In this document: positions 43,032 to 57,764 of the stretch, in pieces
Position numbering within the stretch: the stretch's first letter is position 1
Layout of the letters: each line of letters opens with the position of its first letter
From: Ministeria vibrans ATCC 50519
Lineage: Eukaryota; Protista; Filasterea
Reading direction: 5' to 3'
Length of the DNA stretch: 64,000 nucleotides
Assembly: GCA_943704425.1 (NCBI GenBank)
Contig: CALSCP010002759.1
Coordinates: 57,217-121,216, forward strand
Translations under genes and position numbers: made by a program
Notes under the pieces: model-generated
What the model was told of the DNA's origin: nothing
The model's input: only the letters and a program-made list of their open reading frames with translations
Database searches by the model: none

Positions 43032-44321
43032 ATGATCTTATTACTACTCGCGCTGAGCGGCAGCCTTGCATTCGGCGATCGCATTCCTATGAAAGTGATC
43101 GAGCACGCGGCGTCGCCCAGCGGGGCGGGACTTTCCGGTGGTTCGCTGGGGATCACCACGAACACTCCAGACTTGTCGTCCATGATCCCCCCGGCTCGCC
43201 ACAACGAGTTTACCGGCCCCGAAGACCTTCGGCCGCTTGTGGGCCGCTGCATGACAACGGTCCAACGCAATTACCACGTAAGTTGGGTTGGGAAAAGGCG
43301 TTTTTGTGTGACACTTTTCGCGATGCGTTTTGTGCCGTCTCTGCTTTAGTGGCGTGTGTGCCCATTCGACAACGTTACACAAGCAGATCTGTCGTCAGCG
43401 TGGGGTGCATACCGTGGCACACTGGGTGTGTTCGAGCAGTGGACGCTGGACCTCAGGGCGCGCGACGACGACGACTCTTCGCGCGCAGCTCCCGTCGCCG
43501 TCATGCAGTTCACCAATGGCGACGCCTGCTCTGCCAGCATCCGCCGCAGCGAGGTCCACTTCAGCTGCGGCCCCGAAGAGAAGATTCGAACGGTTGACGA
43601 GATCCAGACGTGTGTGTACGAGCTGTACGTGGAGACGCCTCTGTGGTGCAATGCGTCGCTCCTCGTCGACCACGCCGCCGAGTACATTTGCAATGTCAAT
43701 GCCACGGCAGGGCCCTTCTCGGACGAACTCGATGCAGCCATTGCGCTGCTTGACGAGCGTCTTGACGAAGGGGAGCTGACGGGACAGGGTTACCGACGAC
43801 GCAAGCTGGCTCTGTTACAACGCCATGGAGTGTGCGAGGGACGCAGTGTGGAGCGCACTGCGCCTGTTCCTGCCACTGCCGACTCGTCGTCGTACTCGTA
43901 CCAATATAAGTATGAGCCGGCGCGCACGCTTTATGACTGTGAGCTGGATCTCGTCAAGGTTAAGCGGCAGTTGGAGCGGGCAATGCAGCTCTTTAACTTC
44001 ACAGAGGAACAGCTCACGGAAGATGAGAGTGCTTCCAACGATGAGGTGGTGTCGAGTGGAGTGGAAGGAGGAGAAGGGAGTGTAGAGACGAATGGCACTG
44101 GTGTGAGGGTCGCGGGCAACTCGACTGTGGTTGAGGAAGAGAGCGCGCGTGCAATTGACTTGTCGCCCGAGCAACAGTATAACGCGAGTGCCAATGACAC
44201 CGCTGCGGTGGCGCTGACTGACGGCGAAAATGGTGCTGGGGTACCAGCGGAAGGTGAACAAGAGGAAATCGAAGAAGGAGTTGGAGTGGAAGAAGAAGAA
44301 GAAGAGGGAGAGAAAATTTAA
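43032..44321 (+). CDS. GNPTG: GlcNAc-1-phosphotransferase gamma subunit-like (MRH domain plus DMAP-binding domain)
   Basis: Signal peptide; intron 43278-43349. MKVIE..GPEDLRPLVGRC..CPFDNVTQ..WGAYRGTLG..NGDAC..RRSEVHFSCG..CVYEL; DMAP-type DERLDEGELTGQGYRRRK. Confidence 0.8.
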
Positions 44322-44477
44322 GACAGAGAGAAGAGTAATTTGTACAGAGCAAAATGATGTTATATTCTTTTTACAAGGCACATGCAATCACGATTAAATA
44401 TATATAATTATATAGAGAGCATTAAATATATATATATATATATATAAATTATAGAGAGAGAAGGGAGAACACAATGG

Positions 44478-44986
44478 TCAGCGTGACTCGTCGTTGAGTG
44501 TTTCGGGCGCAATCACTTTCATCACAGCATAGGCAAATTCGTCAACGACCGGATACGCTAACGCGGCCGACAGCGCCTTCTCCGGGTCGCTCGAGTTGGC
44601 AACATTTGTAAGCATGGTGCGCAGGTGGACGTTGTGGAGCTGTTCGCAGACTGTAGGGTCGTCAGCGAGCGAGAGGAGTTTTTCGCGTGCAACAATGTCT
44701 TCCTTGCGCTCGTCTTGTGCGACGTCTGGATGCGGCGCAGGCGGCACTCGCAGGTCGGCTGTGGCACGTGCTTTGGCATTGAGCAGCGGTACGGGGGCAG
44801 CCGTCGCGGCAGGAGCGAAGCAGGGCTGTTGCTGTTTGTGCACTCTACAGACAGAACACACTTAGAGTCGATTTGCGGACAGGTTTGATGTGGATACTTG
44901 TAACACGCGACGCAACAGTATCGGATGAGACATGTGGAGCACTTGTAGGCAGCCGAGTCGGCAGAGCAGACGTAGCAAGAGGGCAT
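44478..44986 (-). CDS. ZNHIT3: HIT-type zinc finger protein (ZNHIT3/Hit1-like)
   Basis: CYVC..YKCSTCLIRYCCVACYK|VHK. C-terminal helical domain LRTMLTNVANSSDPEKALSAA..DEFAYAVM. Confidence 0.8.
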
Positions 44987-45098
44987 GAGAACAGAGATAC
45001 AATTAGTGTGATAACTGATAAGTGAGTCTGTGATTATATGTGATTGATGCAAAATTGTAAACAGTTTTATTGTGTCTTCTTCTTCTTCTAAGTTTTAG

Positions 45099-48000
45099 TC
45101 ATCTTGTTTCCCTATTCGCGTGATTTTGACAACGACATTTGAACATGACACCAGTGGTAAGAGTTGGGGTCGTATGAGGCAAAAGAAACACTGCTGGGGC
45201 AACTCTCAGAGTAGACGGGCATAGAGGACACGATCCTCTTCGTCTCTGATAGCCTTCTATCGCTGACATTTGCGTTAAGTTCGCCCTGGACACAATTGTG
45301 TTGCACACAATGGCATCGGTCAGAGTGGCATCGCCAAATGCCGAGAGGGAAAAGTTGGTGTCGGTGAGATTGGCGGACGTCAAATTTGCGCTCTGCAGAG
45401 CGGCATTGGTGACTGTTGCCCGAGTCAGGTTCGCGGAAGTCAGATTGGCAAAAGCCAACTTGGCAAACGTCAGATTACAGTCAGAAAAGTCACACAAAGA
45501 TAGATTGCAGTTGCGAAAGTCACAACCCTCCAGTATCAACCCGGAAAAGTCGATTCCAGAAAAGTCAGTACCCTCAAACGAAGCCCCTTTCAACGACAGC
45601 GCACTCTTCAGGCTCGCAATCTCAATCGTCGCCCCCGTCAGAACAGCACGCGTCAATTCACTCCCTGTCAAGTCTGCGCACGCCAGGGTCGCCTCAGCCA
45701 TGTTTGCTTCTGTAAAATTGCAATTATTAGACAGGTCCGCAGCGGTCATATCGGCACCAGTCAACACTGCCTTGCAAAAGTCGGTCATGCCAAAAGTGCA
45801 CTTTGCAAACTGCGCCTTGGTTAGATTGGCGCAGTCAAAGTTGGTATGCCTCATATTGCAGTACGAGAAAGAGGCCCCCGACAGGTCTGCACCCGTCAGA
45901 TTCACGCGAGACAGGTCAATGCCAACCAGCTTTGCATCGACAAGCGTCGCGTGTCTCATTGTGCTCGTCACAGTCACGTTGGTCAGATGAACGCCAGTCA
46001 AGTTCGTTTTTTGCAGCACCGCGTTAGTGAGATTGGCACCACATAGTATCGCATCGGCAAGTGATGCGCAGGCAAGGTCTCCCTCGGTCACATCGGCTTC
46101 GGTGAGATTGGCACCCGTCAATGTCGCACTGCAGAGCTTCGCATGGGAAAGGTTCGTGTGGGACAGATTGGCGTACGACAGATCCGCACCGTTGGCATTT
46201 ACATGCGACAGATCGCACTCAGCAAAGAATGTCTTGACAGCGCTCACCCCAATCATGCTCGACCGTGACAGGTTTGCACGCGTCACATTGGCAGAGTTTA
46301 ATGTAGCTTGGTCCAGCAATACTCCAACGGCCGTTGCACAAGAAAGAGTTGCATCAGACAGATCCGCTTCCTTCAGTTTCGCAGACTGCAGGTCGGCCAT
46401 GGAAAATGTCGCATTGGTCGCAGTCACTCTGGACAGGTTCGCTTCGACAAGGTTCGCTTCGGACAGGTTTGTCTCGTGCAACGTAGCACCAAAAAGATCA
46501 GCGCTAAAGAGTTGGGCACGCGAGAGATCAGCGCAAGACAAATCTGCTTTGACAAGCGTCGCGCTCGTGAGCTCGGCCAACACAAATGTGGCACTGGTCG
46601 CCGACACCTGTGATAGATTCGCCCCCTCCATGTTAGCTTCTGTCAGGTTCGCCATGTGCAGTGTAGCACCGGCCAGCGTTGCGCGCTTGAGTGTTGCACG
46701 CGTCAAATCGGCATGAGACAATACGGTGGTCGTCAGGTTTGCGTCGGTGAGGTCAGCCGAAACGAGTGTCGCCTTGGTCGCCAGGGCGCCAGCCAGACTC
46801 GTCCCGACCAGATTCGCCTCGTTCAAGTTCGCTTCGTTGAGTGATGCGCCCACCAGCGTCGCATGGGAGAGCGTCGCACGCGACAGATCAGCGCACGCCA
46901 GTCGAGCATCGGTGAGATTAGCACTGGTGAGATCGGCCGAGGCAAGAGACACGTTGACGGCAGACACACCGGAGAGATTGGCGGAAGTGAGAGTTGCCAT
47001 GGCCATGTTCGACTCGTGGAGTGATGCGCCTTGCAACGACGCGCCAAACAGATTCGCCGATGACATGTCTGCATTAGACAGGTCGGCTCCGTCTAGAGTA
47101 GATTGCGCCAAGTTGGCCGAGACAAGTGATACTGAGGTCATAAGCGCGCGCGATATAGTGGCGCACGTCAGCACCGCATTAGACAAGTCAGCGCCCGTGA
47201 GCGTTGCGCCTGTGAGATCTGCTTCCGTCAGATTGCACTCAACAAGCGTTGCATTGGAGAGGTTGGTGCCTGATAGATTGGCACCAGTGAGCACAGCGCC
47301 ACTCAAGTCCACGCCACGCAGGTCACGGCCGCTCAGGTCACAGCGAGCAAGAGACACATGCGTCAACAGGCAGCCCGTCAGAGAAGCACCCACCACCACT
47401 GCATCGGCGAGACACGCTGTGCGCAGGTCTGCTCCTGCCAAGTTTGCATTGTGCAGGCGTGCTCCAGTCAAATCTGCATTGCCCAACAGTGCGTCGCGCA
47501 GGTCGGCACCGCGCAAGTCACACTGCACTAGAGTCGCGTCGGTGAGTGTGGCAGAACGCAGACACGCGTCAATCGCCACTGCACCCGTCAGGTCCGCCTC
47601 TCGCAGCTGTGCCCTGTCCAACAGCGTCTCGCGAAGCATCGCACTGGGCATCGACACGCCACGCAGGTCCATTGAGCTCATGACACAGCGCGGCAGTTGT
47701 GCACCCTTGCCGAAATTGAAGTAGGTGAGCTTGAGAGCACGCAGGTCGCAGCAGGGCAGGCGGGTGGGCAGCACCGACAGCGACAGCGCCATGCAGTCGT
47801 CGGAGAGCTGTGTGAGGTGCCGTCGTGCACTCAGCTCCGTCGCAAGATGGGTAAACTGAAAGAACTCACACTCGCATATGAGGTGTTCTAGATCGGCATT
47901 GGACGTCGCTTGTGGCGTCGCACCTGAGCGTAAGTATGACAAGAGTCGCGAGAATGTGACACAGTCGCGCTCAAAAAAGAGGACACCTTCTTTGCGTGAG

Positions 48001-48935
48001 GTCCACTCAACACGCGCGTCCATTATTTTGGCCAACAGACAGTCCGGTTCGCGCGCAACGACTGTCTCGCGTGTCAAATTGAACAGCTTTTCGCCCACAC
48101 ACACCGTGTCGTCGAGTGCAATCTGTCGCTTCTGCAACACCCGTGACAAGTTGGTCATCTCAAAAAAATCACACTCGCAGAGAAGACGCTCCAGTTCGGC
48201 ACGACAGGCTGCGGCGGGCACTATACCGGTGCGCAGGTAGGACAAGAGAGTGCGAAAGAGAACCGCGTCACGGTCAAAAAACACCTCGTCATCGTCGTAC
48301 TTGATGCACCCCTCTGCGATTCGCGCCAGCAGGCTCTCGGGCTCTCGGTCGGTCGCGGTGCGCCGTGACATTGTAAACGACTGTTCGCCAACAGTGACGG
48401 TGAAGCGTGTCTGCTTGAGGCGTGCAGCGTCCTCGACTTTGCTCTGCACCCGCACAAAGCACTCTTGTTGTGTTTGCAACTCTGCGCGGTGAGCGAGCAG
48501 TTGCTCGCGCTCGCTGTCAAGCTCAGCATTACGCTGGGCGCAACAAAGTGCGACCTCAGCGTCAAGCGAGTCGCGTGCGCTTGCTAGCTCGGCGTCAAGC
48601 TCGGCACGACGACGCGCCACTTCCGCGTCAAACTCTTCGCGACGTTGCGACAGTTCTCTGTCAAAAGCAACGCGCTCCGCTTCAATCGCGGCCCGTGACA
48701 GCAAAACATCATTGCGTTCGGCGTCGATCTGCGCCTGAGACTCTTCGAGACGCCGCTGGATTTCGGTGTCAGCGGCCTGTTTTGCCGCCTCAAGTCGCCG
48801 GTGAAACGCCGCCTCGTACGCCGCCAGTGCGGATTCCTTCTCCTCCCGTACGCGCGCAGTCGAAGCCGTCACCTCCTGAAGAATTGTGTCCAGTGCCTTG
48901 ATGTGACCCGCAAATGATGTTGACTGTGTAGTCAT
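45099..48935 (-). CDS. Coiled-coil / 2x BTB(POZ) / pentapeptide-repeat protein (KCTD9-like)
   Basis: Single 1278-aa ORF. Two T1-type BTBs (VGEQSFTMSRRT..EPESLL..FFDRDAVLFRTLLSYLR). About 820 aa of A(D/N)Lxx repeats. Confidence 0.9.
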   Translation of the reverse strand: MTTQSTSFAGHIKALDTILQEVTASTARVREEKESALAAYEAAFHRRLEAAKQAADTEIQRRLEESQAQIDAERNDVLLSRAAIEAERVAFDRELSQRREEFDAEVARRRAELDAELASARDSLDAEVALCCAQRNAELDSEREQLLAHRAELQTQQECFVRVQSKVEDAARLKQTRFTVTVGEQSFTMSRRTATDREPESLLARIAEGCIKYDDDEVFFDRDAVLFRTLLSYLRTGIVPAAACRAELERLLCECDFFEMTNLSRVLQKRQIALDDTVCVGEKLFNLTRETVVAREPDCLLAKIMDARVEWTSRKEGVLFFERDCVTFSRLLSYLRSGATPQATSNADLEHLICECEFFQFTHLATELSARRHLTQLSDDCMALSLSVLPTRLPCCDLRALKLTYFNFGKGAQLPRCVMSSMDLRGVSMPSAMLRETLLDRAQLREADLTGAVAIDACLRSATLTDATLVQCDLRGADLRDALLGNADLTGARLHNANLAGADLRTACLADAVVVGASLTGCLLTHVSLARCDLSGRDLRGVDLSGAVLTGANLSGTNLSNATLVECNLTEADLTGATLTGADLSNAVLTCATISRALMTSVSLVSANLAQSTLDGADLSNADMSSANLFGASLQGASLHESNMAMATLTSANLSGVSAVNVSLASADLTSANLTDARLACADLSRATLSHATLVGASLNEANLNEANLVGTSLAGALATKATLVSADLTDANLTTTVLSHADLTRATLKRATLAGATLHMANLTEANMEGANLSQVSATSATFVLAELTSATLVKADLSCADLSRAQLFSADLFGATLHETNLSEANLVEANLSRVTATNATFSMADLQSAKLKEADLSDATLSCATAVGVLLDQATLNSANVTRANLSRSSMIGVSAVKTFFAECDLSHVNANGADLSYANLSHTNLSHAKLCSATLTGANLTEADVTEGDLACASLADAILCGANLTNAVLQKTNLTGVHLTNVTVTSTMRHATLVDAKLVGIDLSRVNLTGADLSGASFSYCNMRHTNFDCANLTKAQFAKCTFGMTDFCKAVLTGADMTAADLSNNCNFTEANMAEATLACADLTGSELTRAVLTGATIEIASLKSALSLKGASFEGTDFSGIDFSGLILEGCDFRNCNLSLCDFSDCNLTFAKLAFANLTSANLTRATVTNAALQSANLTSANLTDTNFSLSAFGDATLTDAIVCNTIVSRANLTQMSAIEGYQRRRGSCPLCPSTLRVAPAVFLLPHTTPTLTTGVMFKCRCQNHANRETR

Positions 48936-49136
48936 TGCAAAAGAAAGTGGGGAAATTATTAATTAAAGCTGATTATTTTTCTACTAAATACTGAAATAGA
49001 AGACCCAGCCTTGGCGCACAGCCTTGGTGCACAGCCTTGGCTGCCTTGTCGACTTGCCGTTCTTCTCGACGAACTTCAACTCAATTCCCATTTTCTATTG
49101 ACTATTCCATTCTTATTCTTCTCATTTCAATTCAAC

Positions 49137-49957
49137 ATGGTGTTCTTTATGGCCTTTAGCGTACCTATCACCATTGCCGTGTCTAGCGGCCGCGCTGTGA
49201 TGAACCAGCACCTCAAGGAAGTCAGTAGATCAAACCCCGCACGCCAAGTGAACTTGACTTGACGAGCCGCTGATCTTGCGCCCCCGCTGCAGGGACGCCG
49301 CCAAAAGCTTGTGTCCGATTACGGTTTGGAGGATGCCGATTCCAAGGTTTCCTGCTCCTGCCGTCTTTTTGAGGTGAGAAGACTGATACACTGAAACGAA
49401 CGTTGATAAAACTCATTGATTGGCAATGTTAATTATAGGACGTGCACGTTACAGTTGCACTCTCGCCGATCCCGGCGCAGATTGGACGCCGCGCTTTCCA
49501 GGCCTATGGCATTCATAGTGCAAAGAAGGACACAGAGAGCCTGCCGGCCCTTGAGGAGGGTGCTCGGCAACGACTGAGCATTTTGCGCTCAGGACACATT
49601 GTGGTGGAGACGTTGAAGAAGGATGGCACGGACCCGAGAATATGCACCGAACTGGCGCGCAAAGGAGGCCAAGAGCTGCTTCATTTGGACGACTTGCTTG
49701 CTGTGCAACGCGAAGAGCTTCAGGACGGCCTCAAAGTTCTCTACACACTCTTTCGTGCGCGCTCTGGCTATCGGCTCGGAAAGACAACTTGGAACCAACG
49801 GCTGTGGATCATCGTCAATGCCGACGCCGACGAGAACATTCGCGATACTCTTGACGAAATGGCGCGCCTGCGACCCATTGAAGAATTGCACACGGAAGAG
49901 AGCCATCGCATCAAAATTCTTCCGGGGTTTCTTCTGAATGCTGTTCTTGGTAAATGA
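49137..49957 (+). CDS. Hypothetical 227-aa protein
   Basis: Exons 49137-49220, 49293-49373, 49439-49957 join with two phase-0 GT-AG introns. No family recognised. Confidence 0.55.
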
Positions 49958-50098
49958 AATTGTACGAATAAATTAATTATTATTATGATATGGTTCTGTT
50001 TTGACATTGAGTACAGCTCTTGATTCTCTATTTATTTATTTTTCTATTATTGCTATTACTGTTATTACTGTTATTAGTTGTGAAAATGGTTAAGTTTT

Positions 50099-52996
<2,898 letters not shown>

Positions 52997-53291
52997 GGTG
53001 GGTGTTGAAAGGTTAGGGAGGGGTTTTGTAAAGGAGGTAGTTATTTATTGTTATTATTTGATAACAGTTATGACTTCAGAGTTGATCACTAGTAAGGAAT
53101 GTGAAGGGAATCCTAATCATCCCCTTCCTGGAAAGGAACGTAACGACCCTCCCCGCCATAGGGACCGTAATGACTAATGAGTGACTGCAATTAGAACACA
53201 TGCACCGCGTGTCATTTTACGAGCAGGAAACAAAACCAATCATTTTGAATCAATGTCAAAAAAAGAAATGAGAAAAGTAATATGCACAATG

Positions 53292-54755
53292 TTACAGCGT
53301 ATCTAACAAGATGTTGTAGGCAACGTTAAACCAATAAGCAGTGCTCTTCCGCAGAATATCTACGCCCCACTGATTATGCCAGTGGAAGGTAAAGGCACCC
53401 GGAAAGAAATTGGCCATGACATCCTCTTGGATAGACGGGACGGCATTGCGCGCCTGGAAGAACATGCGGACGTGGGCGACGCCAAAGCGGTCAAGAGCGA
53501 CGGGTGAACCTTCGCCATAGGCATCCATGACAATCCAGAGGGGGTCAAAAAAGGCGGACGGAAGCACACGGATGGTGTGGGTAATGTTGAGACGGTGGAA
53601 CAGCAAGTGAATGTACTGCGGGAAGTACAGGTGGATGAGCTTCTTGGCGGATCCCCGCGCCGCATTGAGTCCGTATTGTAGAAGAACCAGTGCGTTGGGT
53701 GAGCCCAGTTTCAAATGCATTGCGGCCGTGTTGAAGTGCGCGGCAAAGGACCAGCGGTAAACAAAGTCAGAGTGAAGCAGAGGTGTCAGCGGACGCAACA
53801 GGAGCATATCACAGTCCAAGTACACTCCACCATAGGCGCTGAGCACAAACATGCGCACGAGATCGCTGAATTGAACGGGCGAGCCTGCGCTGCCTGTGCG
53901 ACCCATGCGTTCCGTCGCGTGTACCAGCTGCGGTTGAATGAGCGACAGCAGGGTGTCGAGCGATGGGTGGAGCTGAACAATGCGTGTACACATGTCGTTG
54001 AAGTCTAGTGGCACTACCTACAGACAATGCACTTAAACTGAACCCAAGGAAACTGCAAAACAAACTCAACAAATTACCGACAGGAGCTGTTTGTTGATGA
54101 GCTTGGCAAACTCGCCGTGGAGAGCTGCTCGAGTGACATTGTCGACAGTGTAGACTCGCACGTGGACACAGCCAGGCGGGTGAGCCAAGACAAAGCTGAG
54201 GATGCCGAGTCGGGCTGCGGCATGGACGGGTCCTTGCCACATTGTGTGGATGAGGGAGTGCGGTTGCGCACATTGCTCAGAGAAGTCGGGAAACGATTCG
54301 CGGAAAGCCTTCTGGGCTACTTCCAAGTCACGCATGCAGTTGACAAAGAGTGCCGGCGAATGGCGTGCCTGGAGTTGCTGCACTTGGTTGAGGTCGTCAA
54401 GGCGACGACACGACGCAAACGCACTGCCGCTCTCCGTCTCGTTGTCGTAGAAGAGTTCCACCCCCCGCCCCAACCAGCGGGCAGGAAGCAGATGCTGCTG
54501 ATCAGCGTGATCCTTGACCAGCGAGTCGTCGGAAGAAACGGCGGCAAAGTGTGAGAGAGTCGCGTTAGAATTGGTATTTACAACGCTCACGCCCACGCCC
54601 ACGGCAGCCACAGGCTCGTCTTGTGATTCGGGCACACGTATCCTCTTTGCAATGGGCAGCTCGACTGGCGCACTCGGAGCGGTGAGAGACGGATACACAT
54701 AGCAAACTTGAAGAATCACCACAAGCGCCACACACAGCTTTTCTCTCGTTTTCAT
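53292..54755 (-). CDS. GT32-family (DXD) type II membrane glycosyltransferase
   Basis: N-terminal transmembrane segment; one intron. IHTMW, FSDLVRMFVLSAYGGVYLDCD, FTFHWHNQW. Confidence 0.85.
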
Positions 54756-54931
54756 TCCCTCTTCTAAGTCTTCTTCGACTAAAACCGTTGTGGTTTGAGC
54801 AACCAGATTGATACGGAGACAGAAATTTTGAATTTTCTCATTCATTCAAACTCATCAAAAGTTCAAACGATTTGCGAATTGTTTCGTTTGTTTGTTATTT
54901 TTTACTCATTTCTCAATCGCTGGTCGGCTAG

Positions 54932-55171
54932 ATGGCCCTTCGGTGTTTTGCTGAGGCAATCGACCGCTTCCGCAACGACCTAAACACCACTTTGGGCTAC
55001 GAAGTGTCCTGTGTCTCGTGGTAGGCAGCCTGGGGTGTGTTGGTTGGTTTGCTCACAGGCACACACGCGCTGCAGGGGATGGACGTGCCACACGGTGTGC
55101 GGGCTGCTGCTGCAGTACTCAACGGGGCTCACCGAGGCGACGTTGCTGTGCGAGCTCAAACGGGCGGTATG

Positions 55172-55210
<39 letters not shown>

Positions 55211-57428
55211 GTGTGTTTTGCGTCTGGTTCCTGCAACTTCGCTTTGGTCTCCCGCCCTCCACAGTGGCAACAAGTCGTCGAACGGGCCTCGTCGCGTGGT
55301 GGCCTTCTCGTGGCCGCTCCTTCGTCTATTCTCTTTGCGAAACGGGGTTCTGCCAGCACGTCGCAAGTCAGGTCGGTCGACACGGCCGTTCGCGCTGGGA
55401 AAGGTGAGAGCACTCGTCCAATTCTCCCTCTCTCTCGCTCTACTCCCTCATCATACAAACTACTAGGAAAGCTCTCGTCGAAGATCAACTGTTCCAATGT
55501 ACTCGATGTGGTTGTGAGCAAAGTGGAGCGGCTGGCGGCGTCGTCGTCGTCTTCGTCTTCGTCAGAGCACACTACCGACCTGCTACGTCTCACTGTCACG
55601 GACGCGGACGGCGGACGACACGCCATGCAAATGTACCTACCTCCTCGCTTTGTGCGCAACTCTCTCGCCAGCGACACCCTGTCACAGTGGATTACATGCG
55701 CCGAAAAGGACAGCAAGTTCTTCAAAGAGGCGCCCGTTCACTTGCGCCTTGCAGGCTGTCGACTGGTTCGCGGCCAGCACGGTGTCACAGGTACAGAACA
55801 AAACACCAATCCTTCTTCTCCTTCTTGTTTTATTTTTTATTATTCTTCTTGTTGCTGTAGGCTTGCCAAGCGAATGGGTCTGCTTCATGCTCAGCGAGAA
55901 CCACCACAAGGAGATTCTTCAAGAAACAACGGCGCGCGACTGCCCCGTCTCAGACCTGGCCGCGAGTTGCGACACGACGGCAACAGTCGCGCACGACCGT
56001 CGTGTACGCGTACGTGTCTGCTCCGTGCCCGAATACAATTCGCCCATGGGCTCGTCCGGTGGTGACAGTGAGGCACTCGAGATGTCCGTGGTTGCCTGTG
56101 ACGTGACCGATGGTTCTCTTGGTGGTGGAGCTGGTCAGGGCGACTGCACCTTCCAGCTGCCTTTGGCGCTCACACGTCTCTTTGTTGCTGGTGACCTTCT
56201 TGTCATTGATCGACCCTCTTCGCGCTGGTCGGCTGATCAGCAGTTTGAATTGCACTACGACACGCGCACCACGACGCTCTTTGTGCACAGTGCCAGTGCT
56301 GCCCCATTGCTCATTCGCTCGACCGCGACACAGCCACAGCAACATGCTCCTTCTGCGAGACTTCAGCGCGACTACAGCAGTTGCATGAGCATTCTTGATG
56401 ATGACAATGATGGTGATAGTGCTGAGAAGGAACAAGGAGAGGAGGACAGCGTTGCAACGAGTGTGTCAGTGAGCGAACGAGAGCGACTGCCCGACGGTAT
56501 TTTTGATTCCACTGGCCAGGGCCATTCGCTTGATTGTGGCATGTGCGTGCGTCGGCTGCGAGTCGCTGAGATTCGACCGGGAATGCGCCATGTCACTCTG
56601 TTGGTGCGTGTGGTGCGTGTGATTGGTCACAATGTGAGTGAGGCGGACGAGCACGATCCTCATCCAGTGGTACTTGAGGTGGCAGACGAAGAAGAAAAAG
56701 AAAGTTCGACGTCGCGTCCACTCACGGTGGTTGTTCATGGACGATTGGCGCGGGAAAAGGGAGCACGACTGCACGTAGGCCAGCTTGTGTTGCTGAGCGA
56801 CCTGCTGGTGTGCGCGACTGACACAACAGCGGGTCGCAAGGCACACTTGCGACCCTCACACATGTCGGCTGTGTTCACGTTGAGTCGTCTCACGGGGTTG
56901 CTTCTGACACCACCGTTGCGTGTGTCGCTGGTGACCACACTGGCACAGGTGCACGCGCGTGGAGGTGGGGTGGTGAAAGCGGTCGTTGTCGAGTGTGAGG
57001 TGCAGCGTGACGAGGAGACGGGGGTGCCCCGTCAGCGTGCCACAGTGTCTGTGCATCGGGTGTGTGAGCGCGAGGTGCTCGCCAAGAATGGTCGTCTGCA
57101 CTGTGACCACTGCCAAGAGTATGTGGACACACACGAGCGCACACGACGGTACCAAGTGAGTGTTCGAGTGCGTCTTGACGACGGTACTGTGCACCAGGCG
57201 GATGCGTTGCTCGAGGGTGCCTGTGCCGAGCGCGTACTGGGCGTACAGGCGGTGCACCTGCGTGGCATTGAGGCGCCCGTGGACACTCTGCGCAGTGCAC
57301 TCTCCTCAGAGTGGTCCTTTCTGCTCGTGCCCATCTCGCCATCCCTCTTACGTGTCGATGCCGTTGAGACGACTGCAATCGATGCAGCTCCGCCCACCAA
57401 GAAGACCAAAGTCGATCCAACGCTCTAG
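54932..57428 (+). CDS. Cdc24-type multi-OB-fold ssDNA-binding protein
   Basis: Exons 54932-55020, 55076-55166, 55265-55403, 55467-55790, 55861-57428. WGW..YSTGLTEATLLCELKRAW, LRLAGCRL, LPSEWVCFML, GDLLVIDRP, and a C-terminal CDHC..VRLDDGT Zn-OB, resembling the CDC24_OB1-3 family. Confidence 0.75.
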
Positions 57429-57764
57429 TCAAAGTGTCTGTATATATCTTGTACAAGTGTAAAAAAAAAAAAAAAAAAACAAAGTACTCACACGCACAAT
57501 GTATGGTTGATTGGATTTGGTGCAGTTACGCCCATCAAGAGAAGACCCTACTTCGGATAACGGTTTGGCGCTCTAAGCAAAAGCGATTGCCTTTGTACAA
57601 TAATTTGTACACAAACACAATGAATGGTTGATGCACCAAATCCAAGAGAAGACGATCGTTGGCTTGGGGCTCTAGGCAAGAGTGGTAGTCCACATTTTTG
57701 GTTATAATTCAAAAATGCAAAAACAGAAAGTTTGGACAAAGGGGTATTGTTTTTGATGCTTCAC

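Noticed and set aside
55037-55264. ORF-track N-terminus MDVPHG..VCVCVC for the OB protein
   Set aside because: It reads through a (GT)n intron; a different frame gives the family-like N-terminus from ATG 54932.
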